A DNA stretch of 64,000 nt from Octopus vulgaris (GCA_951406725.2 OX597821.1:100750001-100814000); one strand, 5' to 3'; shown: positions 40,062 to 56,904, counted from the stretch's first letter. Numbers and translations are program-made. Notes: a model not told the origin generated them from the letters alone.

Positions 40062-40159
<98 letters not shown>

Positions 40160-40305
40160 CAGGTCGTTTGGGCAATGTTGGCGGTATATTCTCCACATCG
40201 AACAAATGATGTACCGCTCGCGGCGGCACTGGAGAGAGTAAAGTTTCAAGACTTTAAGGCGGTCCCAGTAATCGAGATCAGTCATGTCTTCAATTCTTTT
40301 AGTGC
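39886..40305 (-). mobile_element. CR1-group LINE fragment interrupted by a Helitron 3'-end copy plus (TA)n
   Basis: [43 protein letters not shown] | insert 40001-40156 | [35 protein letters not shown]. Confidence 0.88.
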
Positions 40306-40507
40306 TATATATATATATATATAGCATATTATTCAGTTCCATCTGGCCCAAGCGTGATGACATTCGTTTCCTTGAAAATGGGATCATAACCCCGAAATAT
40401 TGGATATAAGGTAAGTCTACATTAATTCATGTATTTGTTTTCTTGTGATTTAACTTGAATTTAGTTCTCGCATTATTTTGGCTATACCCACGATCCTTTA
40501 TACAGTG

Positions 40508-40620
<113 letters not shown>

Positions 40621-40971
40621 GCATACATACGAACCTACATACATACATAAATACAGATATAGATATATACACACACAAATATATAAATTAATATATGTGT
40701 ATATATATAGGTATGTATGTGTGTATATAAATATTTTGTATATATATATATATATATATAAGAAGATAATAGAAAAATGCGTGAGTAAACGAATGAACAA
40801 AGAGAAAAGAAAAAAAATTTAAGTAAAATATAAAGGATGAAAGAATGAATGAGTGAAAAACAAAGAGGATCCAAAAAGAAGAATGGAAGAAGAAGAAAGG
40901 CAAGTAAAATAATCTAAGAAAGACAGAAAGAAAGAAAAGAAAAATATAGAAAGAGAGACAGAAAGAAAGCA

Positions 40972-41022
<51 letters not shown>

Positions 41023-41024
41023 CA

Positions 41025-41071
<47 letters not shown>

Positions 41072-41312
41072 CAAAGAAAGAAAGAAAGAAAGAAAGAAAG
41101 AATGACTGAAAAAAGAAAGAAAGAAAAGAATGGAAAGTAAAATATGGCAAGAAAGAAAAAAAGAAAGAAATGAAAAGAGAAAAGAATGAAAAGAAAATAT
41201 GTTAAAAAATTGAAAAAAAGAAAGAAAGAAAGAACGAAGGATAGAACGAAAGAAAGAACGAAAGAAGGGAAGGAAAGAAAGAAAGAAACAAACAAACAAA
41301 CAAACAAACAAA

Positions 41313-41380
<68 letters not shown>

Positions 41381-41647
41381 GAAGACATTCAAAGAAAGAA
41401 TGGAGAAACAGAGGCAGAAAATGGCCAACAAGGATTTCAAAGTACCGTGAAACATAATGAATAGCATTACGTGAAGCTATCAAACTAGGACTAGACTAAT
41501 AAAAAGGAAATTATTTGCTGCGATGACAGTGACCTCTACGGTAAATGCATGAGAGAGTGTGTTTGACATTTATGAGATTATCGACTAGATTTTACTACAA
41601 AATATAAATATAACGCTGCTGAATATGAAATGAGATAGATAGATAGT

Positions 41648-41732
<85 letters not shown>

Positions 41733-41745
41733 GGATGGATGGATG

Positions 41746-41875
<130 letters not shown>

Positions 41876-41880
41876 GAGAG

Positions 41881-41960
<80 letters not shown>

Positions 41961-42322
41961 GTAATTGCGTCAGTTTCAACAAATTTGAAGTCAAGCACTC
42001 CTGAAACCCGTACAACTTATTGTGTATAAAAGTTTCACACACACACACACACGCACGCACACACACACACACATAAACACACACACACATGCACATATAT
42101 GCACACACAAATATACACACACTTGCACTGTACAATCTTTTTGATGGTCTAGTTCACTTGCTTAATAAGTAAAACTCTTCACGTCTATGATTAAAACACG
42201 CAAATATATTTTAGTTTATTCAGATATATATTAATATATTTTCATCACATTTTTTATAATATATGCATGCATATATTTGCATATAAATAAGATTTATTAT
42301 AGTTCGATTTTTGAGTATTCGG

Positions 42323-42391
<69 letters not shown>

Positions 42392-42660
42392 GTATTTATA
42401 TACGTATATATGTATATACACGTATATATACGTATATATGGATATACACACACATACACACACATACACATGCTCACATACACACATATATATATGTATG
42501 TATATATGTTTGAATATGTATTTCACATTGTGTATATATTGATACATATTTATTATGTAATATACATAAGGAACCAGACACTCCAAATAGAACCATAATA
42601 TTCTCATTTATATGCAAAGATATACAAGTGTATATTATCACATGCATTATTTAATGTTAT

Positions 42661-42739
<79 letters not shown>

Positions 42740-42740
42740 A

Positions 42741-43971
42741 CAGGGTGCGGTGAATAGGTTGTCGTCTTCATTAGGCAAAAGTGAAGATAACACTGACAAT
42801 TCATTTTAACAGATACATTTACCAAAATTACATAAAAAATATCTTGAAATATCTTGAAGTAAATTCATTCAGTAAAATCGCCATTGGCTTCAACCGCGAC
42901 CTCCAGACGACTTTGGAATCTCCTGCAGCTCTTCTGGATATTCTCCTTGTTTAAGTTGGTGAATGCTGCCATAATCCTTGCCTTCACCTCATCTTTGATG
43001 TTACAAGAAGTTTTGTTGGTTTCTCACTCAACTGCACCCCACACATAATAATCAAGAGGGTTGCAGTCTGGGGAGAAAGGTGGCCAGATGTTAGTGGTGG
43101 TGTCGTCGTAGAAATTGTCTGACAGCTATGATTGGGTTCTCTTGCTCTGTTCTCTTCCAGTAGCCACCCGCTTGACGCAACACGGATGTAGGCATCCCTG
43201 TTGAGTCTGAGGCCGTTTTTGGAAGATGAATGGATACATAACGTAGCCATCACTAGTGATCACTCCAAACACCATGATGATGACTGATTGTTTGATTTTT
43301 ATCACTCTCAGTACATGTTTTAGGGACACGGCAATCCAACGGTTGTTCTGTGTGTTCACCATCTGATACTGGCAGAAATTTTTCTCGTGAGAAAAACCAA
43401 AGCATGTTCGGTTGGAGGGGATGTTTTAGTTTGTTTAAAAGCTTCGTAGCGCAGTCTTTCCTCTTGTGCTTCATGGCTTGGGATAAAAATTCTCCATTTC
43501 TCATCTTGTATGAGGAATACCGAATGCCTTCATGCACTACGTGTCTGATAAGGAAGTCAGTCATACCATGTCCCTGGCGGTAAACCTGACTGACTTGGAG
43601 GGATCGGTGTTAATCATGACCTGGATCTGTCCAACAAATTCAGGAGTCCTTTACTTATCGGAACGATCAGAGTGAGTTTTCCAAGCCGCCATACCTTCGT
43701 TATCACCATTAGAATCCTCTGCACTGTCCTCAGATTGACACCCAAACACTATGAAATTTTTGTGTTGAAGCTTCCAGCGCGAATGCCAAGCAGTACAGTA
43801 TGTCGTTTCCAAATTTCTGGCAGAGTGAATTGCATCATGGTGCTGTTTTTTTTCCAAAGACGGCCCCCAACTGACCCTACTATACTGTGTAGTCGATAAA
43901 ATCAAAAACAAGCAATAAGCATGCATGAAATTAAGAATATAAAACGGCGATAATTTGCCCATCGCATCCAG
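42741..43971 (-). mobile_element. Full-length decayed Tc1/mariner-superfamily element, maT (DD37D)-like
   Basis: TA|cagggtgcggtg...atcgcatccag|TA degenerate TIRs. Minus-strand LWFFS, NTQNNRW, MVFGVITSDG and WPP.SPDCNPLDYYVWGAVE motifs, with frameshifts. Confidence 0.85.
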
Positions 43972-43985
43972 TATATATATATATT

Positions 43986-45647
<1,662 letters not shown>

Positions 45648-45689
45648 GCTTACTGCGGGCCCTGAGACCAATCAAAGATATTTCTACAT

Positions 45690-46108
45690 ACTCTTTACTC
45701 TTTTACTCTTTCGTTTACTTGCTTCAGTCATTTGACTGTGTCCATGCTGGAGCACCGCCTTTGGTCGAGCAAATCGATCCCAGGACTTATTTTTTGCAAG
45801 CCTAGTACTTATTCTATCGGTCTCTTTTGCCGAACCGCTAAGTTACGAGGACGTAACCACACCAGATCAGTTGTCAAGTAATGTTGGGGGACAAACACAG
45901 ACACACAAATATATACACACACATACATATAGATACATATATATACATGACGAGCTTCTTTCAGTTTCCATCTACCAAATCTACTCACAAGGCCTTGGTT
46001 GGCCCGAGGCAATAGCAGAAGAGACTTGCCCAAGGTGCCACGTAGTGGGACTGAACTTGGAACCTTGTGGTACGTAAGCAAGCTACTTATCACACAGCCA
46101 CTCCTACG
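45690..46108 (-). mobile_element. SINE family A
   Basis: Reverse complement of the exemplar, head at ~46108. Confidence 0.9.
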
Positions 46109-46618
46109 CCTACATACATACAAACATACATACATGCTTACACACACACGTACGTACATATATACATACATACCCCAAAACAGGAAGAAAACATAATGAA
46201 CAAAATTGCTTGCCCAATTCGTTTCGTGAGTGTTGTGTATATGTTCGAAACATAAAATACACATTTACCTAATACATCCTGATAATCAATTCTTAATTTC
46301 CCAGACTTGTACAACTCCTATAATTCTGTTCACACATATACTCTACAGTGTACTATTCAGTGTTGCTTTATTACACTATATCCCTCGGTTTTACTTCATC
46401 GCTTTTTCTTTCTGAAAACTCCTTACTTTGTCTCGTCCAAACTGGTTTTCGCGCAAGCTTATCTATATTTTTACTTCCTTTATGTCTAGTTTTATTCATT
46501 TATTTAATGCTCTTTTTTTCAATCGTTTTGTCGGAGAGAAAAGCCGATAACCTATCGTAAGGATTCTTTCCTGTTCCTGTGTATATTAAGCAGTTGTGCT
46601 TGAGATAATATGCGGTGC

Positions 46619-46880
46619 AAAAGTGATTTTAACGTTATGTACAGAACAGTAAAAGCCGTTATATTGATAAAATTCGATTGTTTGCAAACAGTTTGTATAA
46701 CTAAGTTCAATAGGTAAAATATTTGGTACAGATAGAAATCATACAGTCACTGTTAGAGCTAGACGTCGCTTCTTAACAATATAATTGAAATATTTCAAAG
46801 ATGAAGAAGAGTGAATTGAACATTAGCAAATCTTTTAATCCGAGAAGAGGCGTAATTACATGACTGGTAACTAAAATACA
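46619..46880. repeat. Second copy of the 38271-38531 block
   Basis: Direct repeat ~8.35 kb downstream. Confidence 0.95.
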
Positions 46881-47154
46881 TACATACACACACACACGCA
46901 CACACACACACACGAACACACACACACATACACACAGAGATAGTTCTGAGCACAGAGATAGTTCTGAGCACAGATGTACGCACGAAATTGCATGAATCGG
47001 CAGTCTTCAGAACATCAGGTAGAAAGATTTGGGGTACTAAGTCCACGCTCTGATTTCATATCTCGAAGAGATCAACACTCCATTTTGTCTTAAGTTGTCT
47101 GCTGCGAAGAAGAAAGAGCAAGTTTATTTAGAGAAATATGTATGTGTGTATACG

Positions 47155-47185
<31 letters not shown>

Positions 47186-47187
<2 letters not shown>

Positions 47188-47430
47188 CGGGAAGCTTTAT
47201 GAAAATAGACAAAAGACGAAGGCAGGTTTACGGAAATAAACAAAAGACGAAGGCAGGTGGAATACAAACAAACAATTGTATTAGTATGGCGCTCAGGAAA
47301 TATAAATAAAACAAGTCTTTAACGTTTCGAGCCTACGCTCTTCAACAGAAAGATACACAGAGAAAAAAACACAGAAAGAAGGAGAGAAAAAAATGCGTGC
47401 AGAGGCTAGCGAATCAACATGGCGATCTGA
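47186..47430 (-). mobile_element. Penelope-like terminal repeat fragment with HHR-like motif (47316-47353)
   Basis: Minus strand tcttt-CTGTTGA-a-gagc gtag gctc-GAAA-cg-TT-aaaga. Homologous to 56905-57050 and abuts (TA)n. Confidence 0.55.
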
Positions 47431-47719
47431 TTTCGGCCAGAAGTCAAAGATCAAACGTGAGACGCAAGAGCGAAATTAGGGGAGATAATAGGGCTAAATG
47501 ACCTCGCTCCAACATAAGAGTGTGTGTGTGTGTATGAGAAGAGTGTGTGTGTGTGTGTATGAGAGAGTATTAGTGCGTATGAGAGGTCTGGACGTGTGTA
47601 TGTATATATGATGTGATGTGTAAAGTCGTATGGTGTAGTGTAGAGAGAGGAGCTGAGGGAAGAGGGGGGAGGTATATATATATATATATATATATACCCA
47701 TATACACCCATATACATAC

Positions 47720-47755
<36 letters not shown>

Positions 47756-47941
47756 ACAGATGTATGGAACATTTACATTTCAGATTCAGAGTTTCTGCGT
47801 AGCGATTCAATAATCACTGCAGTTCATTAACTTTTTGCAAGTTTAATGCATAGTAAATACGGAATCAAATACCTTTCATTTAATAAATTTAATTCTCTAC
47901 TTCCAACTATACTGAGATTTGCTTCTTTTGTTGTTATACAC

Positions 47942-48009
<68 letters not shown>

Positions 48010-48503
48010 CCTTCAATATACAAAGGATTTGATAAACTAGTCTATAAATTAAACGGACCCCATAAAAAATAAATAAAAGATTTAAAAAATTAAAAAATCA
48101 GTGACAGGCAGTGTCTCCTTGAAAATTTTAGTTACGACCATACTGTTGTAGATGTTCTTTGTCTATCTCCTTAACTTCTTGGAGATTTTAGGTATAATTA
48201 TACTAATGTGTCCATCTGTTTTAACTTAATTAAATTCTATGTTTTTGCGCGGCTGAAGATTGCTCTACATTTTAAATTGAAGTAATGATTGAATTGTTCC
48301 GTACTGCATTATCTCTGGATATCCTTGTTGCTTATTTTGATATCCTTGTTGCTTATTTTGATATATATATATATAATTATATGTAGAAAAATACAAACTG
48401 GGACAAGAACGTAAAACATTTAGAAGACGATACAAAAAACACGGACGGGACATTCGAAGCCTTCAATCTTCAGTCAAGAACCGGCTCATCCTCGCAATTT
48501 CGG

Positions 48504-48557
<54 letters not shown>

Positions 48558-48681
48558 GCAGTCTGAAATGCTTTACCAGAAAGGAAAACTATAATTGTCA
48601 CTAAATGTAACTATGGTGTTAGAAACACCTACATTGCTAGAAATAAGAGCTAAAATACTCTAATGTGTCTGTATGTGTGTG

Positions 48682-48744
<63 letters not shown>

Positions 48745-48749
<5 letters not shown>

Positions 48750-48834
48750 CATACAATAAATACATACATACAATAAATACATACATACATACAATAAATA
48801 CATACATGCATATATGCATATGTACATACATACA

Positions 48835-48865
<31 letters not shown>

Positions 48866-49307
48866 CATACATACATACATACATGCATACATACATACAT
48901 ACATACATACATACATACATACATACATACATACATACATACATACATACATACTTATATGTTGAATACATTTATACACTAAAAGTACACAAGTCACGCG
49001 AACTGTGACGTGTCTGTGTGTACTTCTGGGTCCATTTTACAAATATCTCGCCAATAGAGAGAAAGACGGTTCCCAAGGAATTTAGACAAATGTTAACTAG
49101 GTAATTAATTAGGTAATTAGAGGCGCGTTTGTGTGGGGAGCCTATTGAAGAGTCTTTAGAATGTCGGACAAATTACTTTGTGGTGAAACCTTTTGACTTG
49201 GCTTTGCTCTCAGTTCAAGTCAAGTCTCACTGAAGTTGAATTCTTTAAACCTTTTATCCTTGCGAGGATGAAATAAAGAACCAGTTCCATATTGAATTCT
49301 GTCTGTT

Positions 49308-49318
<11 letters not shown>
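48745..49318. repeat. ~570-bp local segmental duplication, second copy ~54451-54952
   Basis: The unique part 48959-49318 closely matches 54596-54952, and the upstream (TACA)n interruption pattern is also shared. Confidence 0.95.
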
Positions 49319-49370
<52 letters not shown>

Positions 49371-49970
49371 CCCGTTGCCTCGTCATATATATATATATAT
49401 ATATATACGTCATATATATATATATATATTTCCGTTGCCTCGTCATATATATAATATCTGTATGTAAGTGTGTATAAAATTGGTGTAGCTAATAAAATCG
49501 GGAATCTGTATATCTATGTATTGAGTTATGTAGAATTAACTATCCCATTCATTGAATAAGGTTCCGTAAGATACTAACCATACTAAACACGGGATTTGAT
49601 AAAATCGGAATCGCCCGCTAACACGTAAAGGTAAAAACGTATGATCAAACTGAATCGCTTGAATTTGACGTTGAAGGAAGCGGTGTAACTTATTCAGAAT
49701 TTTCACAACTGGATAGACAGCAGTAAAGTCATAAAAGTGCCGAGTGCCGTTGCCAAAACTGGTTAAGGAATAAATTTGCCACTTTGTAGTCTCCGTTTAT
49801 AATATGGTAGAAATCTGAACCACGTAATTACGAAGAATAGTTCATAATCAGTCAAAGACAGTGGGAATGGAATATGCTGGAATGTTGTATTTCGTTAACT
49901 TTCCTTTCTCTTTCTACCAAAATATTTCTGAGGGTCTCATTAAATGTGTATATGCGTAATATGTGTATGT

Positions 49971-50350
49971 GGAGGCACAATGGCCCAGTGGTTAGGGCAG
50001 CGGACTCGCGGTCATAGGATCGCGGTTTCGATTCCCAGACCGGGCGTTGTGAGTGTTTATTGAGCGATAAACACCTAAAGCCCCACGAGGCTCCGGCAGG
50101 GGATTGTGGTGATCCCTGCTGTACTCTTTCACAACAACTTTCTCTCACTCTTACTTCCTGTTTCTGTTGTACCTGTATTTCAAAGGGCCGGCCTTGTCAC
50201 TCTCTGTGTCACGCTGAATATCCCCGAGAACTACGTTAAGGGTACACGTGTCTGTGGAGTGCTCAGCCACTTACACGTTAATTTCACGAGCAGGCTGTTC
50301 CGTTGATCGGATCAACCGGAACCCTCGTCGTCGTAACCGACGGAGTGCTT
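49971..50350 (+). mobile_element. tRNA-derived SINE with a different head/body (D) and tail X
   Basis: tggcccagtggttag A box and ggtttcgattccc B box; the 3' ~180 bp match 35945-36122. Confidence 0.9.
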
Positions 50351-50440
50351 CCATCCAATATGTGTATGTGTGTCAGTGTGCGAGTTGCAGAATATGTAGG
50401 TATATATTACTATTAAGTAGTATCATATTCATACCGACTT

Positions 50441-50773
50441 GAAGGCACATGGCTCAGTGGTTAGAGCGTCGAGCTTACGATCCTGAGGTTGTAAATTCGA
50501 ATCCCGGACACGGCTGCGTGTTGTGTTCTTGAGCAAGACACTATATTTCTCGTTGCTCCAGTTCATTCACCTGTAGAAATGAGTTGCGAAGTCACAGATG
50601 CCAAGCTGTATCGGCCCCTTTGCCTTTCCCTTGGATAACATTGGTGGCGTGGAGAAGGGAGGCTGGTATGCATGGCCGACTGCTGACCTTCCATAAACAA
50701 CCTTGCCCGGATTTGTTCCTGAGAGGGTAATTTTCTAGGTGCAATCCCGTGTCAATCATGACCGAAGAGGTCT
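50441..50773 (+). mobile_element. SINE family C with tail Z
   Basis: tggctcagtggttagagcg...ttcgaatccc...ttcttgagcaagacact...aaatgagttg, followed by an unrelated tail. Confidence 0.88.
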
Positions 50774-51061
50774 CAGCAGCATTCATACCTGTATAAAAAT
50801 ATCTAATAAATATATTGGAAGTTGCACATGTATACAAATCGATCAATTTGAATATACATGTGCGTGTATGTATATATATATATATGCATATATATATATA
50901 CACGTCTGTACGTGTGTGAGTATCTTCTGACGTGTACATGAAATGCATACGTCATATCTTTGTTTTGTATTTGTATTTGTATCGCCTACACATGCGTGGG
51001 AGTGCAATTTTGAGGACACACACATACACACATACAGACACGCACATACACGCGCAAACGT

Positions 51062-51107
<46 letters not shown>

Positions 51108-51236
51108 ATACACACACATACATGCACTCACATAAAGACACATCGCAAATTCAACTCAGCAAATTTAAGCAGATGTTTCTGGTGATGTGAGACTAGAGCC
51201 ACGATAAAATATTTGGCATTACAAATGTGTTTGTTT

Positions 51237-51313
<77 letters not shown>

Positions 51314-51687
51314 TATAAAATGAGATAGGGGTTGAAAATTCAACCCACCATGGGATAATATATATCCAATATACTGCTAGATAGGTACCCAACAAAATTA
51401 ATACATAGATGTTAAAAATTGTCAAGCAATCAGTTCATCTATTGTATTAAATGGGTAAAGGTAATAATATTACCGTAAATTAATACTAAAAATTAGAGAA
51501 TGGAGAAACATACTTAAATCAGTAAAACATCAACTATCTGATGATACTCAATCCATACTTTAATACACCATTACATATGAGTAAAGGCAATATATAAAAT
51601 GAAATGAGATATACAGTAATAGTAAAAGTAAAAAGATAAAGAGATATAAGTAAAAAATTTCAAATATAATATGCAAATAAATCAAAA

Positions 51688-51795
51688 CTGACAGCTGTTT
51701 CGGCAGTGAGGACAGTCATACCTCATTTAACCTATAAGCCATAAAGGCAGGTATAAATGAGGCATTAACAAGGATGCCCCACGGCCTCTTCAGAG
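51688..51795 (-). ncRNA. Type I hammerhead motif with long stem II (left arm)
   Basis: Reverse complement of 52738-52845. Confidence 0.65.
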
Positions 51796-52146
51796 AATTA
51801 AATTAAATTTGTTATAATAGTGAAAAATATTATATAATCATATACATATAAATATAAAAATATAAAAATGTAAAATATAAAAACTTATACATCATAATGC
51901 TACACTTATATAATATAATACACATTTGTACAAAAAGGAAGGTAAACAGAACAAAATAAAACAAAATATATAACAGTGTATATATTAATATTAATAAGTA
52001 CCGATATTATACATATTTGGCTAATAGTTTTTTTTATAAAAAAAAAAAAAAAAAAAGGGCTAACACATATGGAGATGAAAAATAATAATTAAATCCGTGG
52101 TACAGTTCATAAAATTCTAAAGCTAAAAAAGTTAATAAAAATTACT

Positions 52147-52199
<53 letters not shown>

Positions 52200-52332
52200 T
52201 AATAATAATAAAAAAATACTAAAAATAGATACAGTTAAGTTAGTACAAGTCCATCCTTTCAAGATCGAACTTGAAAGGATGGACTTGGTACTAACTTAAC
52301 TGTATCTATTTTTAGTATTTTTATTATTATTA

Positions 52333-52379
<47 letters not shown>

Positions 52380-52737
52380 AGTAATTTTTATTAACTTTTT
52401 TAGCTTTAGAATTTTATGAACTGTACCACGGATTTAATTATTATTTTTCATCTCCATATGTGTTAGCCCTTTTTTTTTTTTTTTTTTTTTTTTTTATAAA
52501 AAAAACTATTAGCCAAATATGTATAATATCGGTACTTATTAATATTAATATATACACTGTTATATATTTTGTTTTATTTTGTTCTGTTTACCTTCCTTTT
52601 TGTACAAATGTGTATTATATTATATAAGTGTAGCATTATGATGTATAAGTTTTTATATTTTACATTTTTATATTTTTATATTTATATGTATATGATTATA
52701 TAATATTTTTCACTATTATAACAAATTTAATTTAATT

Positions 52738-52845
52738 CTCTGAAGAGGCCGTGGGGCATCCTTGTTAATGCCTCATTTATACCTGCCTTTATGGCTTATA
52801 GGTTAAATGAGGTATGACTGTCCTCACTGCCGAAACAGCTGTCAG
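52738..52845 (+). ncRNA. Type I hammerhead motif with long stem II (right arm; site after C52843)
   Basis: ct-CTGAAGA-ggc[~80-nt hairpin incl. gtgggg/cctcac and atgcctcattta/taaatgaggtat]gcc-GAAA-cagctg-TC-ag. Stem III is palindromic; stem I has only 2 contiguous bp. Confidence 0.65.
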
Positions 52846-53048
52846 TTTTGATTTATTTGCATATTATATTTGAAATTTTTTACTTATATCTCTTTATCTT
52901 TTTACTTTTACTATTACTGTATATCTCATTTCATTTTATATATTGCCTTTACTCATATGTAATGGTGTATTAAAGTATGGATTGAGTATCATCGGATAGT
53001 TGATGTTTTACTGATTTAAGTATGTTTCTCCATTCTCTAATTTTTGTT

Positions 53049-53112
<64 letters not shown>

Positions 53113-53326
53113 TACATACATACATACAGATATATATATATATAAATATATACATACATACATACATACATACATACATACATACATACATTCATACATA
53201 CATACATACATACATGCATACATACATATGGATATATATATAATGAACACGAATAAAGACATTTCTATGTGGTGTGTGTGTGTGTGCATGTGAGTGTGTA
53301 GTATATATACTACATGGGTGTGTGTA

Positions 53327-53361
<35 letters not shown>

Positions 53362-53640
53362 AACCTATTCCTTTGAATTGATTATGTTATTCCACTCTAC
53401 CTAACATTGTTGAGTAATTTTTCGCTTAATTGCAATTCACAGCGCGTGTCTGCGCATCATCAACCACGGCATGCCCAGCCCTCCTTTTAACGGGTGTTGA
53501 CAGCAAATGGATCGCCTGACCATCGGGACGCATCCTTTCCACAAGAAGCGAAAGAGGATGCGTATGTTTATGTGCGTGTGTCTGTCTGTCTGTGTGTGTG
53601 TTGGCGTGTGTGTGTGTGTGTATCTGTCTGTGTATGATTT

Positions 53641-54243
53641 TGTTCGCCACCTCCGCTCGACCTTTTAGGGACAGTTTCCTCTCGGCCCATTGCCGGGCGA
53701 GAGTGACCACCCTACTCGTTATCTCGTTCCAGTTCTTCTCCACTTGGAGGTCCGGACCAAACCAGACCCCGAGCAACTCAACCGGGCCGTCGGTCAGCGT
53801 CCCACTCACGCATTTGTAGAGAAAGGGAGAGACGCATGAGAGAGCTTCTCCAGGTGCCTAGTCGCAAGCCCACTGACTTTTCCCGGTTGATTTTCGCTCC
53901 TGTCACCGCTTCGTAGTTTTTCAGTGTCTCGCCGACCAGCTCGATGTGCTCGTGGCTAGACACTATGATAGACGTCGTCCGCGTATGCAGACACGCTCGT
54001 CCCGCATCCCAATTCTCGCGGGATGCCCCTTAGAGTCGCCAGCTTCCGCAGTAGGTAGGCTCAAGAGTCAATACGTATAGAAGCGCCGAGAGGGGGCATC
54101 CCTGACGGACCGAACGTGCAATGTTGAAAGGTCTCGATAGATGTCCATTTACGCGAATTACCGAACGGATGCCTCTGTACAAAGCAGCTATCCATCCGCG
54201 GAAAACGTAGGACCGAAACCAGCCGCTCTAGGACTGCCCCCAA
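53641..54243 (-). mobile_element. L1/Tx1-clade LINE reverse transcriptase fragment, pseudogene
   Basis: SVRQGCPL, VSAYADDV, YEAVTGAKINREKSVGLRLGTW, LLGVWFG and WAERKLSLKGRAEVAN across frameshifts. A further probable piece lies at ~53430-53560. Confidence 0.88.
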
Positions 54244-54248
54244 GTATC

Positions 54249-54347
<99 letters not shown>

Positions 54348-54374
54348 TGATGCATACTTACGTACGCAATTTCA

Positions 54375-54408
<34 letters not shown>

Positions 54409-54450
54409 CATACATACATTATATACATACGTACATATATATATATATAT

Positions 54451-54560
54451 ACATACATACATACAATAAATACATACATACATACAATGAATACATACAT
54501 GCATATATGCATATGTACATACATACATTATATACATACATACATACATACATACATACA

Positions 54561-54596
<36 letters not shown>

Positions 54597-54952
54597 TGTT
54601 GAATACATTTATACACTAAAAGTACACAAGTTCACGCGAACTGTGACGTGTCTGTGTGTACTTCTCGTTTCATTTTACAAATGTCTCGCCAATAGAGAGA
54701 AAGACGGTTCCCAAGGAATTTAGACAAATGTTAACTAGGTAATTAATTAGGTAATTAGAGGCGCGTTTGTGTGGGGAGCCTATTGAAGAGTCTTTAGAAT
54801 GTCGGACAAATTACTTTGTGGTGAAACCTTTTGGCTTGGCTTTGCTCTCCGTTCAATTCAAGTCTCACCGAAGTTGAATTCTTTAACCATTTATCCTTGC
54901 GAGGATGAAATAAAGAACCAGTTCCATATTGAATTCTGTCTGTTTCTCTCTC
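54451..54952. repeat. Second copy of the 48745-49318 duplication
   Basis: Direct repeat ~5.6 kb downstream. Confidence 0.95.
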
Positions 54953-55535
54953 ACCCTCTCTCTCTCTCTCTCTCTCTCTCGTTGTTTTTTTCTTTCTGCC
55001 TTTCTTTCTTTCGCTCCGTCTTTCTCTTTCTCACTCTTTTCTCTCTCTCACGTTCTCTTTATTTCCCTCTTCGTCTATCTTTTTATCTCTCTTTCTTACT
55101 CTTTCTTTCTATATATCTTTCTCTTTGTCTATACCTTTCTTTCTCTTCCTCTCCCCCTCTCTCTATATAAATTTCTTCCTCTCGCACTTTCTTTCTATGA
55201 GAAAAAAGAAAAGCGGTAAACAAATCTGGGAGTGGGATAGGCTCATGCAGGTCTAAAAATGTCCAAGATGTGCCAGACTAGAAGTTCAGGGCTCAAAATT
55301 TGACACTGAATGTACATGCCAGATTGGAGCAATCTCGAGTATAACCAGCCGAAATTGCAAAGATAATCTGGAACTCGACTAAGGAAAGAAAACTCCGAAT
55401 GACTCGTCCAACTTTCCTTGTATCGTCTGTCTGTATTTTTTGTTGTCCCTTTTTTTAGTATCACCTAACTGTCAGGATGCTTTGCGTTCTTGTCCCATTT
55501 TTGTATTTTATTTTGTATTTTTTTCAATAGGACAA

Positions 55536-55586
<51 letters not shown>

Positions 55587-55602
55587 CATGTATGTATGTA
55601 TG

Positions 55603-55636
<34 letters not shown>

Positions 55637-55939
55637 TGTATGTATGTATGTATGTATGTATGTATGTATTTATGTATGTATATATGTATGTATCTGCATA
55701 TGATGTATACGAATATACATGAATATTATTGTATGTGTGGATCTGAATGTGTTGACTTACGCATTTGTACAAATGCATATAACTGTACGTCTACTCGTAA
55801 GTGAAGACATATCACTACATATTAAACTTCTGAAATATCTTAAATATTTTCACAATACCATGTATGGCATTTAGTTGTAATTTCTCTAATAGATTGATCT
55901 TTTCTGATTCTGTAAAACCCACGCGTGGCTGTGTGGACA

Positions 55940-56450
<511 letters not shown>

Positions 56451-56904
56451 ACACGCAGTTATCTAAAATACCGAAATAGCTTAAATTCCAAAAATAATTC
56501 TAAATTCAATACACTTGATGGCTTATCTGCAGATATGTCACTAGCTTGGTACAGTTTCCGTCTCCACTTACCTTTAACAATATGTCAATATCTACTGATT
56601 ACCTGATTTCCATTCACGTAAACACTATTTTCTTTGCGTCAAATCATTATCGTTGATTCTATTAGGCTGACATTTTACAGTTGTATGATTTCGAAAAGTA
56701 CATTTCACCAATATTCTTTCATATCATACGCAGATATGTTGTCCTTGCCACTGCAGATATGTTGTCCATGTAGCTGCTTGCTTGCTGCTGCTTCATGCTT
56801 TTGCTTGATGAACTTGGTGTCATCCCAGGTTTGTGATCCAGAAGACGTCATGCGTAGAGCCGACCAGGTTCGCCAGTGCTCTCCATCGCGGAGATGTATA
56901 TATC

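Larger units (their letters stand above)
51308..53045. mobile_element. Penelope-like terminal repeat in inverted arrangement; 1.56-kb palindrome 51488-53045
   Basis: Arms of ~776 bp around a 6-nt centre (atcgaa, 52264-52269), each carrying an HHR motif. The left copy extends ~180 bp further. (TA)n on both sides. Confidence 0.8.

Noticed and set aside
55218-55382. Cys-containing short frame (KCPRC...CTC...C)
   Set aside because: Interrupted by stops, with no clear zinc-finger spacing or splice sites.
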